Of a stretch of DNA of 64,000 bases, positions 39,393 to 48,707 are shown one piece after another. The notes beneath the pieces were generated by a model that was not told the origin of the DNA, did no database searches, and saw nothing but the letters and a program-made list of their open reading frames with translations. The stretch covers positions 100,861-164,860 of the forward strand of contig CAYREX010000001.1 of NCBI GenBank assembly GCA_964423505.1, read 5' to 3'. Source of the stretch: an uncultured bacterium (GTDB lineage: Bacteria > Fermentibacterota > Fermentibacteria > Fermentibacterales > JCC-6). The position numbers and the translations under genes are program-made. Position 1 is the first letter of the stretch; every line of letters starts with the position of its first letter.

Positions 39393-39866
39393 ATGTACTC
39401 GAGGAAGCTGCTCGTGCTGATGATGACCGTCGGAGCGGCCACGCTGGGGCTGGCATGCGGAGGCGGAGAGCCGGAAGAGAGCGCCTACGACGGCGAGACC
39501 CTCGAGGAGGCCGTCGACACGGAGGTCGCCGTCGAGCCGGGAGAGGGCGAGATGACCGAGGAGCCGTCTGCCGGCGAGATGGAGGAAGGGAACGCAGACC
39601 GTCCCGACCCCGGGGAGATGACCGAGGAGGAGAAGGTCGCCTGGGTCGAGGAGAACTGCATCTGCGCCCAGTGTCCCACCTACGTCCCGTGCGCTGCGCA
39701 GGAGGACGAGCTGGGCTACTGCGCCGTAGGCGAGAGCAACTGCATCGTCGAGGAGATATCCTGCATCTGCCCCGAATGCCCGGTCACCGAGGAGATGGGC
39801 CTCGAGTGGGGCTACTACTGCACGAGGGGCTCCGCGGAGGAGATGGCGGCCGCCGAGGGCGAGTAG
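39393..39866 (+). CDS. Acidic Cys-rich lipoprotein with duplicated CIC-x2-CP motif
   Basis: SD GGGAGGGAAG; lipoprotein signal MYSRKLLVLMMTVGAATLGLAC; Glu-rich low-complexity stretch with GEMTEE twice; ENCICAQCPTYVPC...CAVGESNC...SCICPECPV...YYC. Confidence 0.6.
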   Translation: MYSRKLLVLMMTVGAATLGLACGGGEPEESAYDGETLEEAVDTEVAVEPGEGEMTEEPSAGEMEEGNADRPDPGEMTEEEKVAWVEENCICAQCPTYVPCAAQEDELGYCAVGESNCIVEEISCICPECPVTEEMGLEWGYYCTRGSAEEMAAAEGE

Positions 39867-39885
39867 CCGAAGACCCTGTCTGCTT

Positions 39886-39923
39886 GGAGCGCCGGTGGCA
39901 CCGCCGGCGCTCCTCTTTCTTTG
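39886..39923 (+). terminator. Rho-independent terminator
   Basis: GGAGCGCCGGTG-gcac-CGCCGGCGCTCC 12-bp stem followed by TCTTTCTTTG, 20 nt after the TAG stop at 39866. Confidence 0.7.
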
Positions 39924-40128
39924 ACGCAGGCTGCAGCATGCTTGGATTGCCCGCATGACACGGACGAGCCACCGCACCGCTCGCTCCTGTAGCCGGGCCG
40001 ACATTGCCGACCCGGCTGGGATGTCCATCACCTAGAAGGTTCCCGTAGAGATATCGGAGCCCGACGGCTCGTGACCGGTAGGTCGCGGGCCTATCTGCGT
40101 TCCGTGAAGACGGGATGGAGGTTGTTGC

Positions 40129-40895
40129 ATGGTGTCGCACCGGGCAGGAGGAGTGCCGGGCTCGATAGGCGGCACGCCGCTGGTCGAGCTGGGCAGGCTC
40201 TCTCCTTCGGGAGGCGGCAGGGTGTTCGCCAAGCTCGAGGGGCAAATCCGGGAGGATCCGTGAAGGGCAGGACGGCTCTCTGGATGGTGAAGGAGGCCGT
40301 CGCGTCGGGAAGGCTGGAGAGTGGCATGGTCATACTGGAGGCTACATCCGGCAACACCGGCATCGGCCTGGCCATGGTGGGTGCGGCTCTTGGGTATCCG
40401 GTGGAGCTGGTTGTGCCGGATGAAGTGAGCGGAGAGCGGATCGAGACGATGCTGGCTTTCGGAGCAGGGGTCGTGCGCTCAACGGGCGACGATGGCACCG
40501 ACGGCGCCCGGGAGCTGGCCGCTTCCATCAACCGGGATGACCCTGCCAGGTACTTCCGTCCGGACCAGTACTCCAGCCGGGCTAAATGGTTGGGCCACTT
40601 CCGGACCACGGGACCCGAGATAATCGAGCAGACGATCGGGAGTGTAGAGGCTTTCATGGCGGGGATCGGTACCGGAGGCACGCTGATGGGGGTCGGAAGG
40701 CGGCTTCGGGAGCATAATCCGAAGACCCGGCTGTTGGGAGTGGAGCCGGAGCCCGGACAGACCATACAGGGCCTGCGGAGCACACGAAGCGCTCGTGTGC
40801 CGTCGCTTCTCCGCATCGGGATGCTGGACGTGATTGCGCCGGTGTCTGCGGAGAGAGCGCTTCTCATGGCCAGGAGGCCGATCCGGGCAGGATAA
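40129..40895 (+). pseudogene. Cysteine synthase/CBS-family (PLP fold type II) gene remnant: frameshifted in a homopolymer and C-terminally truncated
   Basis: N-terminal frame MVSHRAGGVPGSIGGTPLVELG...VFAKLEGQ hits a stop; the continuation ANPGGSVKGRTAL...TSGNTGIGLA...GIGTGGT is in the -1 frame; junction at a GGGG/AAA run near 40235; protein ends soon after the STARRL-equivalent helix. Confidence 0.6.
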
Positions 40896-40915
40896 CCTCG
40901 TGAGCGGATCCGTGG

Positions 40916-41491
40916 TCAGCCGGACAGGGACTCGATTCTCTTCACCAGGGCGGGAAGCTGTCTCAGGCTCTCGATCCTGTACGCACCGTCAACGCCGATG
41001 CCCACGGTCACGCAACCGGCAGCCTCTCCGGCCTCCATGTCCTCCTCAGAGTCGCCAATCACGACGGTCTCCTCCGGAACGGCGTCGATCAGCAGCATGG
41101 CCCTCTGCAGGAGCGAGGGGTCCGGCTTCCCCCGCTCCACCTCGTCGCTGGTCACTACGGCATCGAACAATCCCTCCAGACCGTGGCTGCGGAGTATCTT
41201 CGACGTGCATCCGGAGGTGGTGTTCGTCACCAGTGCCTTCCGCCCTTCCAGGTCTCGGAGTACCTCCCCGGCGCCCGGCACCGGCTCTATCCGCCCCAGG
41301 TGCCTCGTCAGCACGGAGTCGCAGAGCTCGCTCCTGGTGGTATCCAGCTCGGAGATGTTCTCCTGGAGGTCCCTGCCCCAGTAGCTCTCCTCGAACTCCT
41401 CCCTGGAGATGCCGCCGATGTCTCGAAAGGCCTCGAACCAGGCCTCCCGGGAATCCACGAGCACTCCGTCCATGTCGAAGAGGTAGTTCAC
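40916..41491 (-). CDS. HAD-superfamily hydrolase (beta-phosphoglucomutase-like subfamily IA)
   Basis: Motif I DMDGVL, II VTNT, III K...GKPDP, IV GDSEED. Confidence 0.8.
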   Translation of the reverse strand: MNYLFDMDGVLVDSREAWFEAFRDIGGISREEFEESYWGRDLQENISELDTTRSELCDSVLTRHLGRIEPVPGAGEVLRDLEGRKALVTNTTSGCTSKILRSHGLEGLFDAVVTSDEVERGKPDPSLLQRAMLLIDAVPEETVVIGDSEEDMEAGEAAGCVTVGIGVDGAYRIESLRQLPALVKRIESLSG

Positions 41492-41513
41492 GGCCGCATT
41501 CCTCTCCGAAGGC

Positions 41514-42155
41514 TCACTCGTCCAGCAGGAAGACTATGTTGTCCGCCATGAGCTCACGGCTCTCGAAGAGGTCGCTGTCCATCACGCCCGTGACGCTCAG
41601 CATGTCGCCGACGTCGACGCCGGAGAAGCCGGTGTCGTCGGTCGGGTCGTACACCATGTGGCCAGTCTCGACCCTGATCATCCGTTCGCCGGTGTCGATG
41701 GTGAACTCACTGCCGTCGACCGAGGTCACCGTCCCGCGCACCGTCATCTCTCCCCGCTCGACCTCGCCCCCGGTGATCCAGTTGTCGTCGTAGGCCTCCC
41801 CCTCGCCCTCCTCGTCGGCGGCGGAGGCGTAGTGATAGGTCCCGCGAGTCCTGTTGTGGACGCTCCGGGCCTCGATTGTCGCCGTCTCGTAGAAGTCGTC
41901 GTCGATGCGCCCGTAAACGGTCACCTCGTCTCCGTCGATGAGGCCGACCGCCTCGCTAAACCAGTCCCAGTCATCCATCTCCACTAGTATCCTGCCGCTT
42001 CCGTAGTTCAGATAGAACGAGTCGACGTCCGACTCGTCCACGGTACCGCTGATGCTTATCCAGGTGTCGTCGGACATCTCGTACGGGCTCTGGGCCGCTG
42101 CTGATGCCGGCAGTAGTAGCGTGGCGGCGGCAATGATGGCTGACCGGTATCCCAT
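41514..42155 (-). CDS. Secreted BOF/YgiW-like OB-fold protein (two repeats)
   Basis: SD GGAGGGAG; signal MGYRSAIIAAATLLLPASAAAQ; two ISGTV...GDEVTVYG / VRGTV...FTIDTGERMIRV OB-like repeats. Confidence 0.5.
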   Translation of the reverse strand: MGYRSAIIAAATLLLPASAAAQSPYEMSDDTWISISGTVDESDVDSFYLNYGSGRILVEMDDWDWFSEAVGLIDGDEVTVYGRIDDDFYETATIEARSVHNRTRGTYHYASAADEEGEGEAYDDNWITGGEVERGEMTVRGTVTSVDGSEFTIDTGERMIRVETGHMVYDPTDDTGFSGVDVGDMLSVTGVMDSDLFESRELMADNIVFLLDE

Positions 42156-42481
42156 GTCTCTCCCTCCTCTGTTCGGGGCTGGCACAGTCCGGGATCGCCC
42201 ACGCCGCCTCGCTCTCCCGGGGCAGTCGTCCGGCAGTAACACCCGGGCTCGTGTGACCCAGCGCCGGGATGGCAATGAACCCATGACCGCAGGCCCCAAC
42301 AGACTATCAAACATATCTATTAGACCTCCAATGCCAGTATATGGCACGAGAGCGCAGGGGTCAATCTGCCTGAGTGTCCGACTGGGGACTGCTTCCTAGT
42401 CGTCTCCGTCCCATTCGCCCTGACGGACATTGCGACTCTCCGAGCGGCCGGTTATGCGTTCGGGAGGCAGGGGAGGTGCGG

Positions 42482-43621
42482 ATGAGACTGAGATGGGGAG
42501 CGCTGACGGCGGTCGGTACGGTCGTTCTCGCATCGGCATGCGGCGGGACTGAGGCCGAAGGACCCGGGGCGGCGGAGTCGGACACTCTGCGCTACCTGGC
42601 GCCGTACGACTCGATAGGGGTGGCGGAGGGAGACACCGCCTACGTGTTCGGGGACGTATGGGGCGCCTGCTCCTTCCCGGACGGGACAGTAGGTGTGCTG
42701 GACAGGTCGATGGGCGTCGTCAGGCTCTACGACGCCGATGGGGAGCACATTCGCAGCCTCCGGCCCGTCGGCACGGGTCCCGGGGAGCTGGGTACGCCGG
42801 ACCGGATAGACTGCGACAGCGGCGGCAACATCATGCTGGCGAGCTTCTACGACAGGAAGATGGTCTGGCTTACTCCCTCCGGGGAGCCGATGGACGAGAT
42901 AGTCCTCACCGGCGGCGGCAGGAGCGGACCGATGAAGGCCTACGCCGCCCCGGACACCGGGTTCGTAGCCATCACCATGGTCTACGCGGAGCCGGACTCG
43001 GCCGGGACGGAGGTGGCCCTGTTCAGGGGCTCGACCGAGCCGGTGGTAAGCTACGCCAGGCGGATGGCGCTCTTCGACCCTCACGGCCTCTACCAGAGGG
43101 CCACTGGAATGGTCTGCGGCGTGGACGGAGAGGGCAGGGTGGCCGTCGCGGACATGTCGACCGAGCGCTACGAGGTGGTCTGCCATTCTCCTGACGGCGA
43201 CACGCTCTTCGTCATCGAGCGTCCGTTCGAGCCGGTCCGCCGGTCCCGGGAGGAGATGGAGAGGGACATGGAGCTGGCCAGGCAGAACTGGCTGGAGGCG
43301 GTGGGGAGCCTCGAGGGGTTCGAGTTCGTCCCCAGGGAGTACGAGAGGGCCATCACCGCCCTCGGCTTCGACGGCGAGGGCAGGCTCTGGGTGAGGAGCG
43401 GCACGGAGGATGAGACCTTCCACGTGTACGACGCTTCCGGGGAGCACCTGTACGACTGCGGGATGCGGATGCCCGAGTGGCAGGAGCCGGGCGGCTGGTC
43501 GGTGAGGGTCGGTCGTTACGGCATGCTGGCCAGCACCGGTGACCCGGAGCTGTTTCCGGTGGTCTACATGCTTGAGGAGGTCAGCGGGGCGGGGTCCTCC
43601 GCTCAGTCAACGGGCGACTGA
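42482..43621 (+). CDS. Lipoprotein, probable beta-propeller (NHL/TolB-like) hypothetical
   Basis: SD GGGGAGG; lipobox VLASAC; repeated ...GxxxVxDAxGEHxY... units. Confidence 0.5.
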   Translation: MRLRWGALTAVGTVVLASACGGTEAEGPGAAESDTLRYLAPYDSIGVAEGDTAYVFGDVWGACSFPDGTVGVLDRSMGVVRLYDADGEHIRSLRPVGTGPGELGTPDRIDCDSGGNIMLASFYDRKMVWLTPSGEPMDEIVLTGGGRSGPMKAYAAPDTGFVAITMVYAEPDSAGTEVALFRGSTEPVVSYARRMALFDPHGLYQRATGMVCGVDGEGRVAVADMSTERYEVVCHSPDGDTLFVIERPFEPVRRSREEMERDMELARQNWLEAVGSLEGFEFVPREYERAITALGFDGEGRLWVRSGTEDETFHVYDASGEHLYDCGMRMPEWQEPGGWSVRVGRYGMLASTGDPELFPVVYMLEEVSGAGSSAQSTGD

Positions 43622-45411
43622 GCCGCTTCGGAGGAAGCGGCGGCCTCGACGCGGTTCCTGCCCAGGTGCTTGCCCCGGTAGAGAGCCCTGTCCGCCAGCC
43701 TGATGACGCTCTCCAGGGGCAGCTCGCCGCAGTAACTCACGCCGAAGGTCATGCTCAGCTCGATGGACCTCTCCCCTACCAGGAAGGGGCGGTCGCAGAC
43801 CGCCGACCTCAGGCTCTCCGCCACCAGCATTGCACCGTCCAGGTCGGTGTCCGGCAGCAGTACGAGGAACTCCTCCCCGCCCCACCTGACCACCAGGTCG
43901 CCCTTCCTCACGTTCTCCCTGAGCCTTGCCGCCAGCTGCCGCAACACCTCGTCGCCGCAATCGTGGCCGAAGCCGTCGTTGACCGATTTGAACCGGTCCA
44001 CGTCCGCCATCACGAGACCGAAGCCCTCTCCCTGAGGGTCCGGAACATGCCGTCTCTCGTCGAGCCACTCCATGGCGGCCCGCCTGTTGGCAAGCCCGGT
44101 CAGGTCGTCCCTCCGCACCAGCTCCTCCGCCCTGGAGTAAGCCGTCTCCAGCTTCCTGTTCGTGCTACTCAGCCTCTGTATCTCCCGCTCCCTCTCCTCC
44201 GTCTCGTAGTAGAGCCTGAGGACGTCTATCTGCCACAGCCGCCTCTCCGAGAGCTGGTTCTCGCTGATCTCCAGGAAGCCGCTGATGCACCGGTATGCGC
44301 CCCTGTAGTCGCCGGCTCCCTCCAGGAGGGTGGCCCTCTCCCGGAGAATCTCGCCCAGCCGGGCCATGCTCCCCATCTCCCGAGCCAGCTCCTCCGCCCT
44401 CAGCGAGTGATCGAGGGCGCTCACTCCGTCGCCCCTGGCCCTCTCCAGCTCGGCCAGCTTCTGAAGGCTGGTCAGCATGCCTCCCTTTCGGCCGATGCTC
44501 CTGGATATCTCCATCGACTCCCTGAAAAGCTCCTCGGCCCGGTCCAGCTCGTTTCTCTGCATGCAGACCGAGCCCAGGCTGTTGCGGCAGAGCGAGGCGA
44601 GGTAGCGGTCACCGTTCCCTTCTGCCTTCTCCAGCGCCGAGAGGTACACCCGATCAGCCTCTTCCAGACGCCCCCGCTCCTGCTTGACGGTGGCGATGTT
44701 GTATGAGACACCGGGAATTCCCTCCTCGTAGCCGAGATCGCGGTAGACGCTGAGGGCCTTGCCGTAGTACTCGAGCGCGCCGGAGAGGTCGCCCGATCGC
44801 TTGAGGACGTTCCCCATCGCAGCCTCTATGTGGCCTGTGCTGAGGCGGGTGTCGCAGCCCTCATCGGCCTCGGCGGCCTCCTCGAAGGCCCTTATAGCCC
44901 TGAGGTAGTAGCGGATGGCCACGTCCAGGTTCGTGAGGAAGTAGTGCATGTCTCCGAGACGTCTCAGGGACCTGGCCTGCAGGAGGAGGTCATCCCGGCT
45001 CTCGGCGAGCCTGAGCGCGGAGGTGTAGTGCTCGATGGCCTCGAGGCGGTCGTCAAGGGCCATAGCCGCCTCGCCCAGACCGAAGAGGGCCTCGCCCTCC
45101 CCCGCCTCCTCGCCGATGCCGCCCGCGAGATCGAGGGCCTCGCCGAAGAGCTGCCTGCTCCTGGAGGCGTCGGACCGGAGCAGGCTGCTGCCCAGTCGGT
45201 TCAGCAGGCCCACCCTATCGGCGCCCTCGGAACCGGCCAGGCGCATCTCCAGCTCCTGCGGGGAGTCGAGTGTACTGCCCAGGAGAACCTCCCGTCGAAG
45301 GAAGGGAGCCGCGGTCCTGCCGCTCTGACGATAGACAGGCCCCGCTGCCGGGTCAACGAACGGCGGCGATGTCGTGAGGGGGGAGAGGGGGGCAACGGAG
45401 TCCTTTCGCAT
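43603..45411 (-). CDS. TPR-repeat diguanylate cyclase (GGDEF domain)
   Basis: Multiple TPR-like repeats; C-terminal GGDEF with RWGGEEFLVLL (GGEEF) and upstream DxLTGLxNRR; overlaps upstream lipoprotein gene end by 19 nt. Confidence 0.8.
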   Translation of the reverse strand: MRKDSVAPLSPLTTSPPFVDPAAGPVYRQSGRTAAPFLRREVLLGSTLDSPQELEMRLAGSEGADRVGLLNRLGSSLLRSDASRSRQLFGEALDLAGGIGEEAGEGEALFGLGEAAMALDDRLEAIEHYTSALRLAESRDDLLLQARSLRRLGDMHYFLTNLDVAIRYYLRAIRAFEEAAEADEGCDTRLSTGHIEAAMGNVLKRSGDLSGALEYYGKALSVYRDLGYEEGIPGVSYNIATVKQERGRLEEADRVYLSALEKAEGNGDRYLASLCRNSLGSVCMQRNELDRAEELFRESMEISRSIGRKGGMLTSLQKLAELERARGDGVSALDHSLRAEELAREMGSMARLGEILRERATLLEGAGDYRGAYRCISGFLEISENQLSERRLWQIDVLRLYYETEEREREIQRLSSTNRKLETAYSRAEELVRRDDLTGLANRRAAMEWLDERRHVPDPQGEGFGLVMADVDRFKSVNDGFGHDCGDEVLRQLAARLRENVRKGDLVVRWGGEEFLVLLPDTDLDGAMLVAESLRSAVCDRPFLVGERSIELSMTFGVSYCGELPLESVIRLADRALYRGKHLGRNRVEAAASSEAAQSPVD

Positions 45412-45513
45412 GAATGGCCTGGCCTTCGGCCAGTGAGTCCCTACTTGCAGGCTGTGCGCAAGATGCCGATAGTCAAGCGGAGGAACTGAGTGGAGACCCA
45501 TCGGCATCTCTAC

Positions 45514-47076
45514 ATGAAGGCGCCGGCGCTCCTGCTGGGAGCCGCGCTCCTCCTTGCATTGGTGTGCCGGTTCACCTCGGAGTCGCTCTGGGACGATTCC
45601 TACTTCTTCGTCCGCTACAGCCGTAACCTGTCGGCATCGGGGGAGCCCTCGTTCGACCCCGGGGGCGGAAGAGCCTTCGGTATAACGTCTCCGATGCACC
45701 TGCTGGTGGTGCACCTCTTGCGGGAAGCCGTCGTGGAAGCGGCCGTGCCGGCCCTGCTACTGTCGTCGGCCTCGGCAGGCCTGCTGCTCCTGTTGCTGAC
45801 CTGGAGGGTCGCACGCCTGCGGTGCAGGCACCGCTCCCTGCTGGCGCTGATGCTGCTTCTCTCCTCGGCGCTGGCCTCGGGCATCATCGGCGTGCACATG
45901 ACCAGCGGCATGGACACGATGCTGGCGATGGCCTCGGTTGCTCTGCTCATCATCCTCTTCGACAGGGCCATGAGGGGCCGGGGTACCGGCGCCCCGGTCG
46001 CGGCGGGGGTATGGGCTGGGCTATGCCTCTCCGTCCGGCCGGACCTGCTGGTGTTATCGCTGGGCCTACCCCTCTTCGCGCTGATTCTCGCAGACGGCAG
46101 ACGCGAGAGGAGGGTCGCCCTCACCGTTGGCGGTGCGGCCCTGCTCACCGTCGCCGGCCTGATGACGGCGTTCCGTTGGTTCTTCGGATGGTGGCTGCCG
46201 CTCTCGTGCCTGGTCAAGCTCCCCGGCTTCTACGGCGGCCTCATGGCGAGGGCCGGGCTACTCCATTCAGTCGCCGAGGTCGGGAGGCTCCTTGCGGGCT
46301 ATCCCCTGCTGTTCGCCCTCCCCGTTGCAGGTCTTGCGATCAGGCGTGTGGGCGCGTCTGCTAAGCTGCCGCTCACCGACCGGGCCCTGGTCCCGGCAGG
46401 CATCCTTCACCTGCTCCTCGTCTCCACCATGGTGACGCAGATAATGGGAGGAAGCTGCAGGTTCCAGCAGCCCGTGGTACCGGTGCTGGTCCTGCTCTCG
46501 GCAGGTTCCCTGCAGAGGCTTGTCGATTCCGCGGACGTTCCGGGAGGGCTCGGATCGGTTCCGTCGCTGGCGACCGGTCTGCGGGTCCTCTTCCTCGTCC
46601 TTGCCGCCGTCATCGCCCTCGCCTCCATGCAGCTCTCGTTGGGTTTCGCCAGGCGCTCCGAGTCCGGACCGTTCTGCATGAGCCTGCATCGGGAGTACGA
46701 GTCCCGGTGGACCGGCTACTGGAAGGGGCTGGACGCGGTCTCCCGGATGCCGGGAGACCTGGTCATCGCGGGCACAGAGCTGGGGCTGCCCTCCGTGATG
46801 AACCCCGACAAGCGCATCCTCGACCTCTCCGGCCTGAACGAGCCCTCAATAGCCCTGGGTGAGGAGACCCAGCTGGAGGCGCTGCGGAGGGTCGAGCCGG
46901 ACCTCGTCTACATGCCGCACCCGGACTACGAGTCGATGATCCGGAGCATCCGCTCATCCGGGTGGTTCGACGGCCGGTACCTCTACCTCCCGGGCGACAG
47001 CATCGGTGCCGCCCTGTCCGTCGCTCTCAGGCGGGACGGTCCCTGCTTCGAGGCGCTTCTCGAAGCGATGCTGTAA
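45514..47076 (+). CDS. Polytopic membrane protein, GT-C-like glycosyltransferase (ArnT/PMT-like, tentative)
   Basis: About 12 TM helices with a WDDSYFFVRYSRNL loop after TM1 and a large C-terminal soluble domain. Confidence 0.45.
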   Translation: MKAPALLLGAALLLALVCRFTSESLWDDSYFFVRYSRNLSASGEPSFDPGGGRAFGITSPMHLLVVHLLREAVVEAAVPALLLSSASAGLLLLLLTWRVARLRCRHRSLLALMLLLSSALASGIIGVHMTSGMDTMLAMASVALLIILFDRAMRGRGTGAPVAAGVWAGLCLSVRPDLLVLSLGLPLFALILADGRRERRVALTVGGAALLTVAGLMTAFRWFFGWWLPLSCLVKLPGFYGGLMARAGLLHSVAEVGRLLAGYPLLFALPVAGLAIRRVGASAKLPLTDRALVPAGILHLLLVSTMVTQIMGGSCRFQQPVVPVLVLLSAGSLQRLVDSADVPGGLGSVPSLATGLRVLFLVLAAVIALASMQLSLGFARRSESGPFCMSLHREYESRWTGYWKGLDAVSRMPGDLVIAGTELGLPSVMNPDKRILDLSGLNEPSIALGEETQLEALRRVEPDLVYMPHPDYESMIRSIRSSGWFDGRYLYLPGDSIGAALSVALRRDGPCFEALLEAML

Positions 47077-47100
47077 CCACCCGCGGGAAGGGCGCGGGGG

Positions 47101-47991
47101 TCAGTCGGGTGCGGAGCGGAGACGGTCGTAGAGGCCGTAGCGGTCGAAGACCGCCCGTATCCTCTCGTCGTTTCCGTTGCCCTTCACGTTGTCCACCCAC
47201 AGTCGGACCACCTGGCTGCCCGGCACCTTCAGCGGCCGCGAGAAGCCCGGGGCGACCTTCGCCGCCGGCAGCCCACGCAGGAGCGTCATGGCCTTGAGCC
47301 AGACGTCGTCCGCGTCCGGGGCCAGCTCCATGAAGATGTCCTCCCGGTCCACATCGTCATGGAACGCCCCCGGCGGATAGAGCACCCCTCCCACGCCGGT
47401 CGGGAAGAGCAGCGGCGAGGGGCCGGCGAAGCCCACGGCAAACCTGTCCCAGTCGCTGTAGGGGAGCAGCTCACCCTCCCCGTCCAGGAGCATCCCGTGC
47501 CCTATGTGGCAGATGACGGCCTCCGGCAGCCCGCGGTGCCTCTCCAGCAGTTCCTCCAGCCACGTCCCGTGGTAGACGATGTCGTCGTCCGCGGTCACGA
47601 CCGTGGCTCCGGGCACCTCCGAGAGGGTCGGCACTATCTTTTTGTAGGAGCGGATGTCGCTGCAGTGGCGCACCTCCAGGCCCCGGCCGCGCTGCGAGGC
47701 GACCAGCGGCGGCGGCTCCACCCCGTCGGCGAGCCAGAGGATGAGCCTGTCCGGCCTGACGGTCTGCCTGAGGAGGCTCTCGGTGCAGAGATGGAGCCCG
47801 GGCAGCCTGGGCTCCCATGAGGTGAGCGAGACGACGAGCCCGGGCTCCCGCTCCCGGCGGGAGGTACCCCTGCGCCTGCCGATGCGGGCCATCAGCTCCA
47901 CCCGGAGTATCCGGAGCCTCCTGCGGAGCCTGGTCCCCAGATCGACCCGTACCGGTGCGATATCCGGAGCGCCGCTCTCCTGCCGCTTCAT
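47101..47991 (-). CDS. GT-A fold glycosyltransferase-like protein
   Basis: LVVSLTSWEPRLPGLHLCTESLLRQTVRPDRLILWLAD Rossmann-like start; DDD acidic motif (VVTADDDIVY). Confidence 0.5.
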   Translation of the reverse strand: MKRQESGAPDIAPVRVDLGTRLRRRLRILRVELMARIGRRRGTSRREREPGLVVSLTSWEPRLPGLHLCTESLLRQTVRPDRLILWLADGVEPPPLVASQRGRGLEVRHCSDIRSYKKIVPTLSEVPGATVVTADDDIVYHGTWLEELLERHRGLPEAVICHIGHGMLLDGEGELLPYSDWDRFAVGFAGPSPLLFPTGVGGVLYPPGAFHDDVDREDIFMELAPDADDVWLKAMTLLRGLPAAKVAPGFSRPLKVPGSQVVRLWVDNVKGNGNDERIRAVFDRYGLYDRLRSAPD

Positions 47992-48205
47992 CCAATTCCG
48001 CTCCCCGGTCTGACTCCAACGGGTATCCCGCCTCTGCCGGGCGCAGGCCCTGTTGCGCGGGTGCTCACCTGTTCTCGCAGCCAGCAAGATAGCCAAGGGG
48101 AGGTCGGGGGGGGAGACCGGTGCTGGACCTCTCGCAGCCGGACGGAGACGGGCGTCCCGGAAGACGGAGTCAATCTAATCGCAGATTGGTCTCCCGGGAT
48201 GACTT

Positions 48206-48238
48206 ATCAAATCAAACAACGAAAGCCCGGCGTGGGGG
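48206..48238. repeat. 33-bp direct repeat copy 1 (atcaaatcaaacaacgaaagcccggcgtggggg)
   Basis: Exact copy of the sequence at 48675-48707; immediately follows (on the coding strand) the stop of the 48239 lipoprotein gene. Confidence 0.9.
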
Positions 48239-48595
48239 TCAGAGGTTGCCGGCTTCCCTCTCGCAGACCTCGCCCTCGTAGAAGCAGACCCTGAGTACGG
48301 ACTCGCCGGGGAACTCGCCGCTCCCTTCCAGCCCGTTCCATGTGCACTGCAGGACTTCTCCCGTGGCTCTCATGGCATCCGGGACCATGGCGGTGTCGTT
48401 TGGTGCCGAGCCGACGATTTCGACCACCTCCCCGTATCCCATGCCCATCTCGATGCGATCGTACATGCTCCCGGTCAGATCGACCCTCTCCGCAGTAATC
48501 GATATCCCGGCTCCTCCGGCTGTCTCGCCGCCGTCGCCGTCGCCGGCTCCGCCGCAGGCGACTGCCATGGCCAGGAGCAGGATGGTCGCCGTCAT
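48239..48595 (-). CDS. Small lipoprotein, hypothetical (118 aa)
   Basis: Lipobox LLLAMAVACGG; gene and its upstream region lie exactly between the two 33-bp repeats. Confidence 0.5.
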   Translation of the reverse strand: MTATILLLAMAVACGGAGDGDGGETAGGAGISITAERVDLTGSMYDRIEMGMGYGEVVEIVGSAPNDTAMVPDAMRATGEVLQCTWNGLEGSGEFPGESVLRVCFYEGEVCEREAGNL

Positions 48596-48674
48596 CGCCC
48601 TGCGTCTGCCGATTCCGCACGTGCTACCGGTGACGGTACATCTTCCGGATACTCTCAAACGGACCTCCCGTCCC

Positions 48675-48707
48675 ATCAAATCAAACAACGAAAGCCCGGC
48701 GTGGGGG
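48675..48707. repeat. 33-bp direct repeat copy 2
   Basis: Identical to 48206-48238; immediately follows the stop of the aminotransferase gene (48708). Confidence 0.9.

Noticed and set aside
40200-40265. Programmed ribosomal frameshift in the cysK-like gene
   Set aside because: There is no slippery heptamer or downstream structure, and the gene is also 3'-truncated. Decay or a homopolymer error is more parsimonious.
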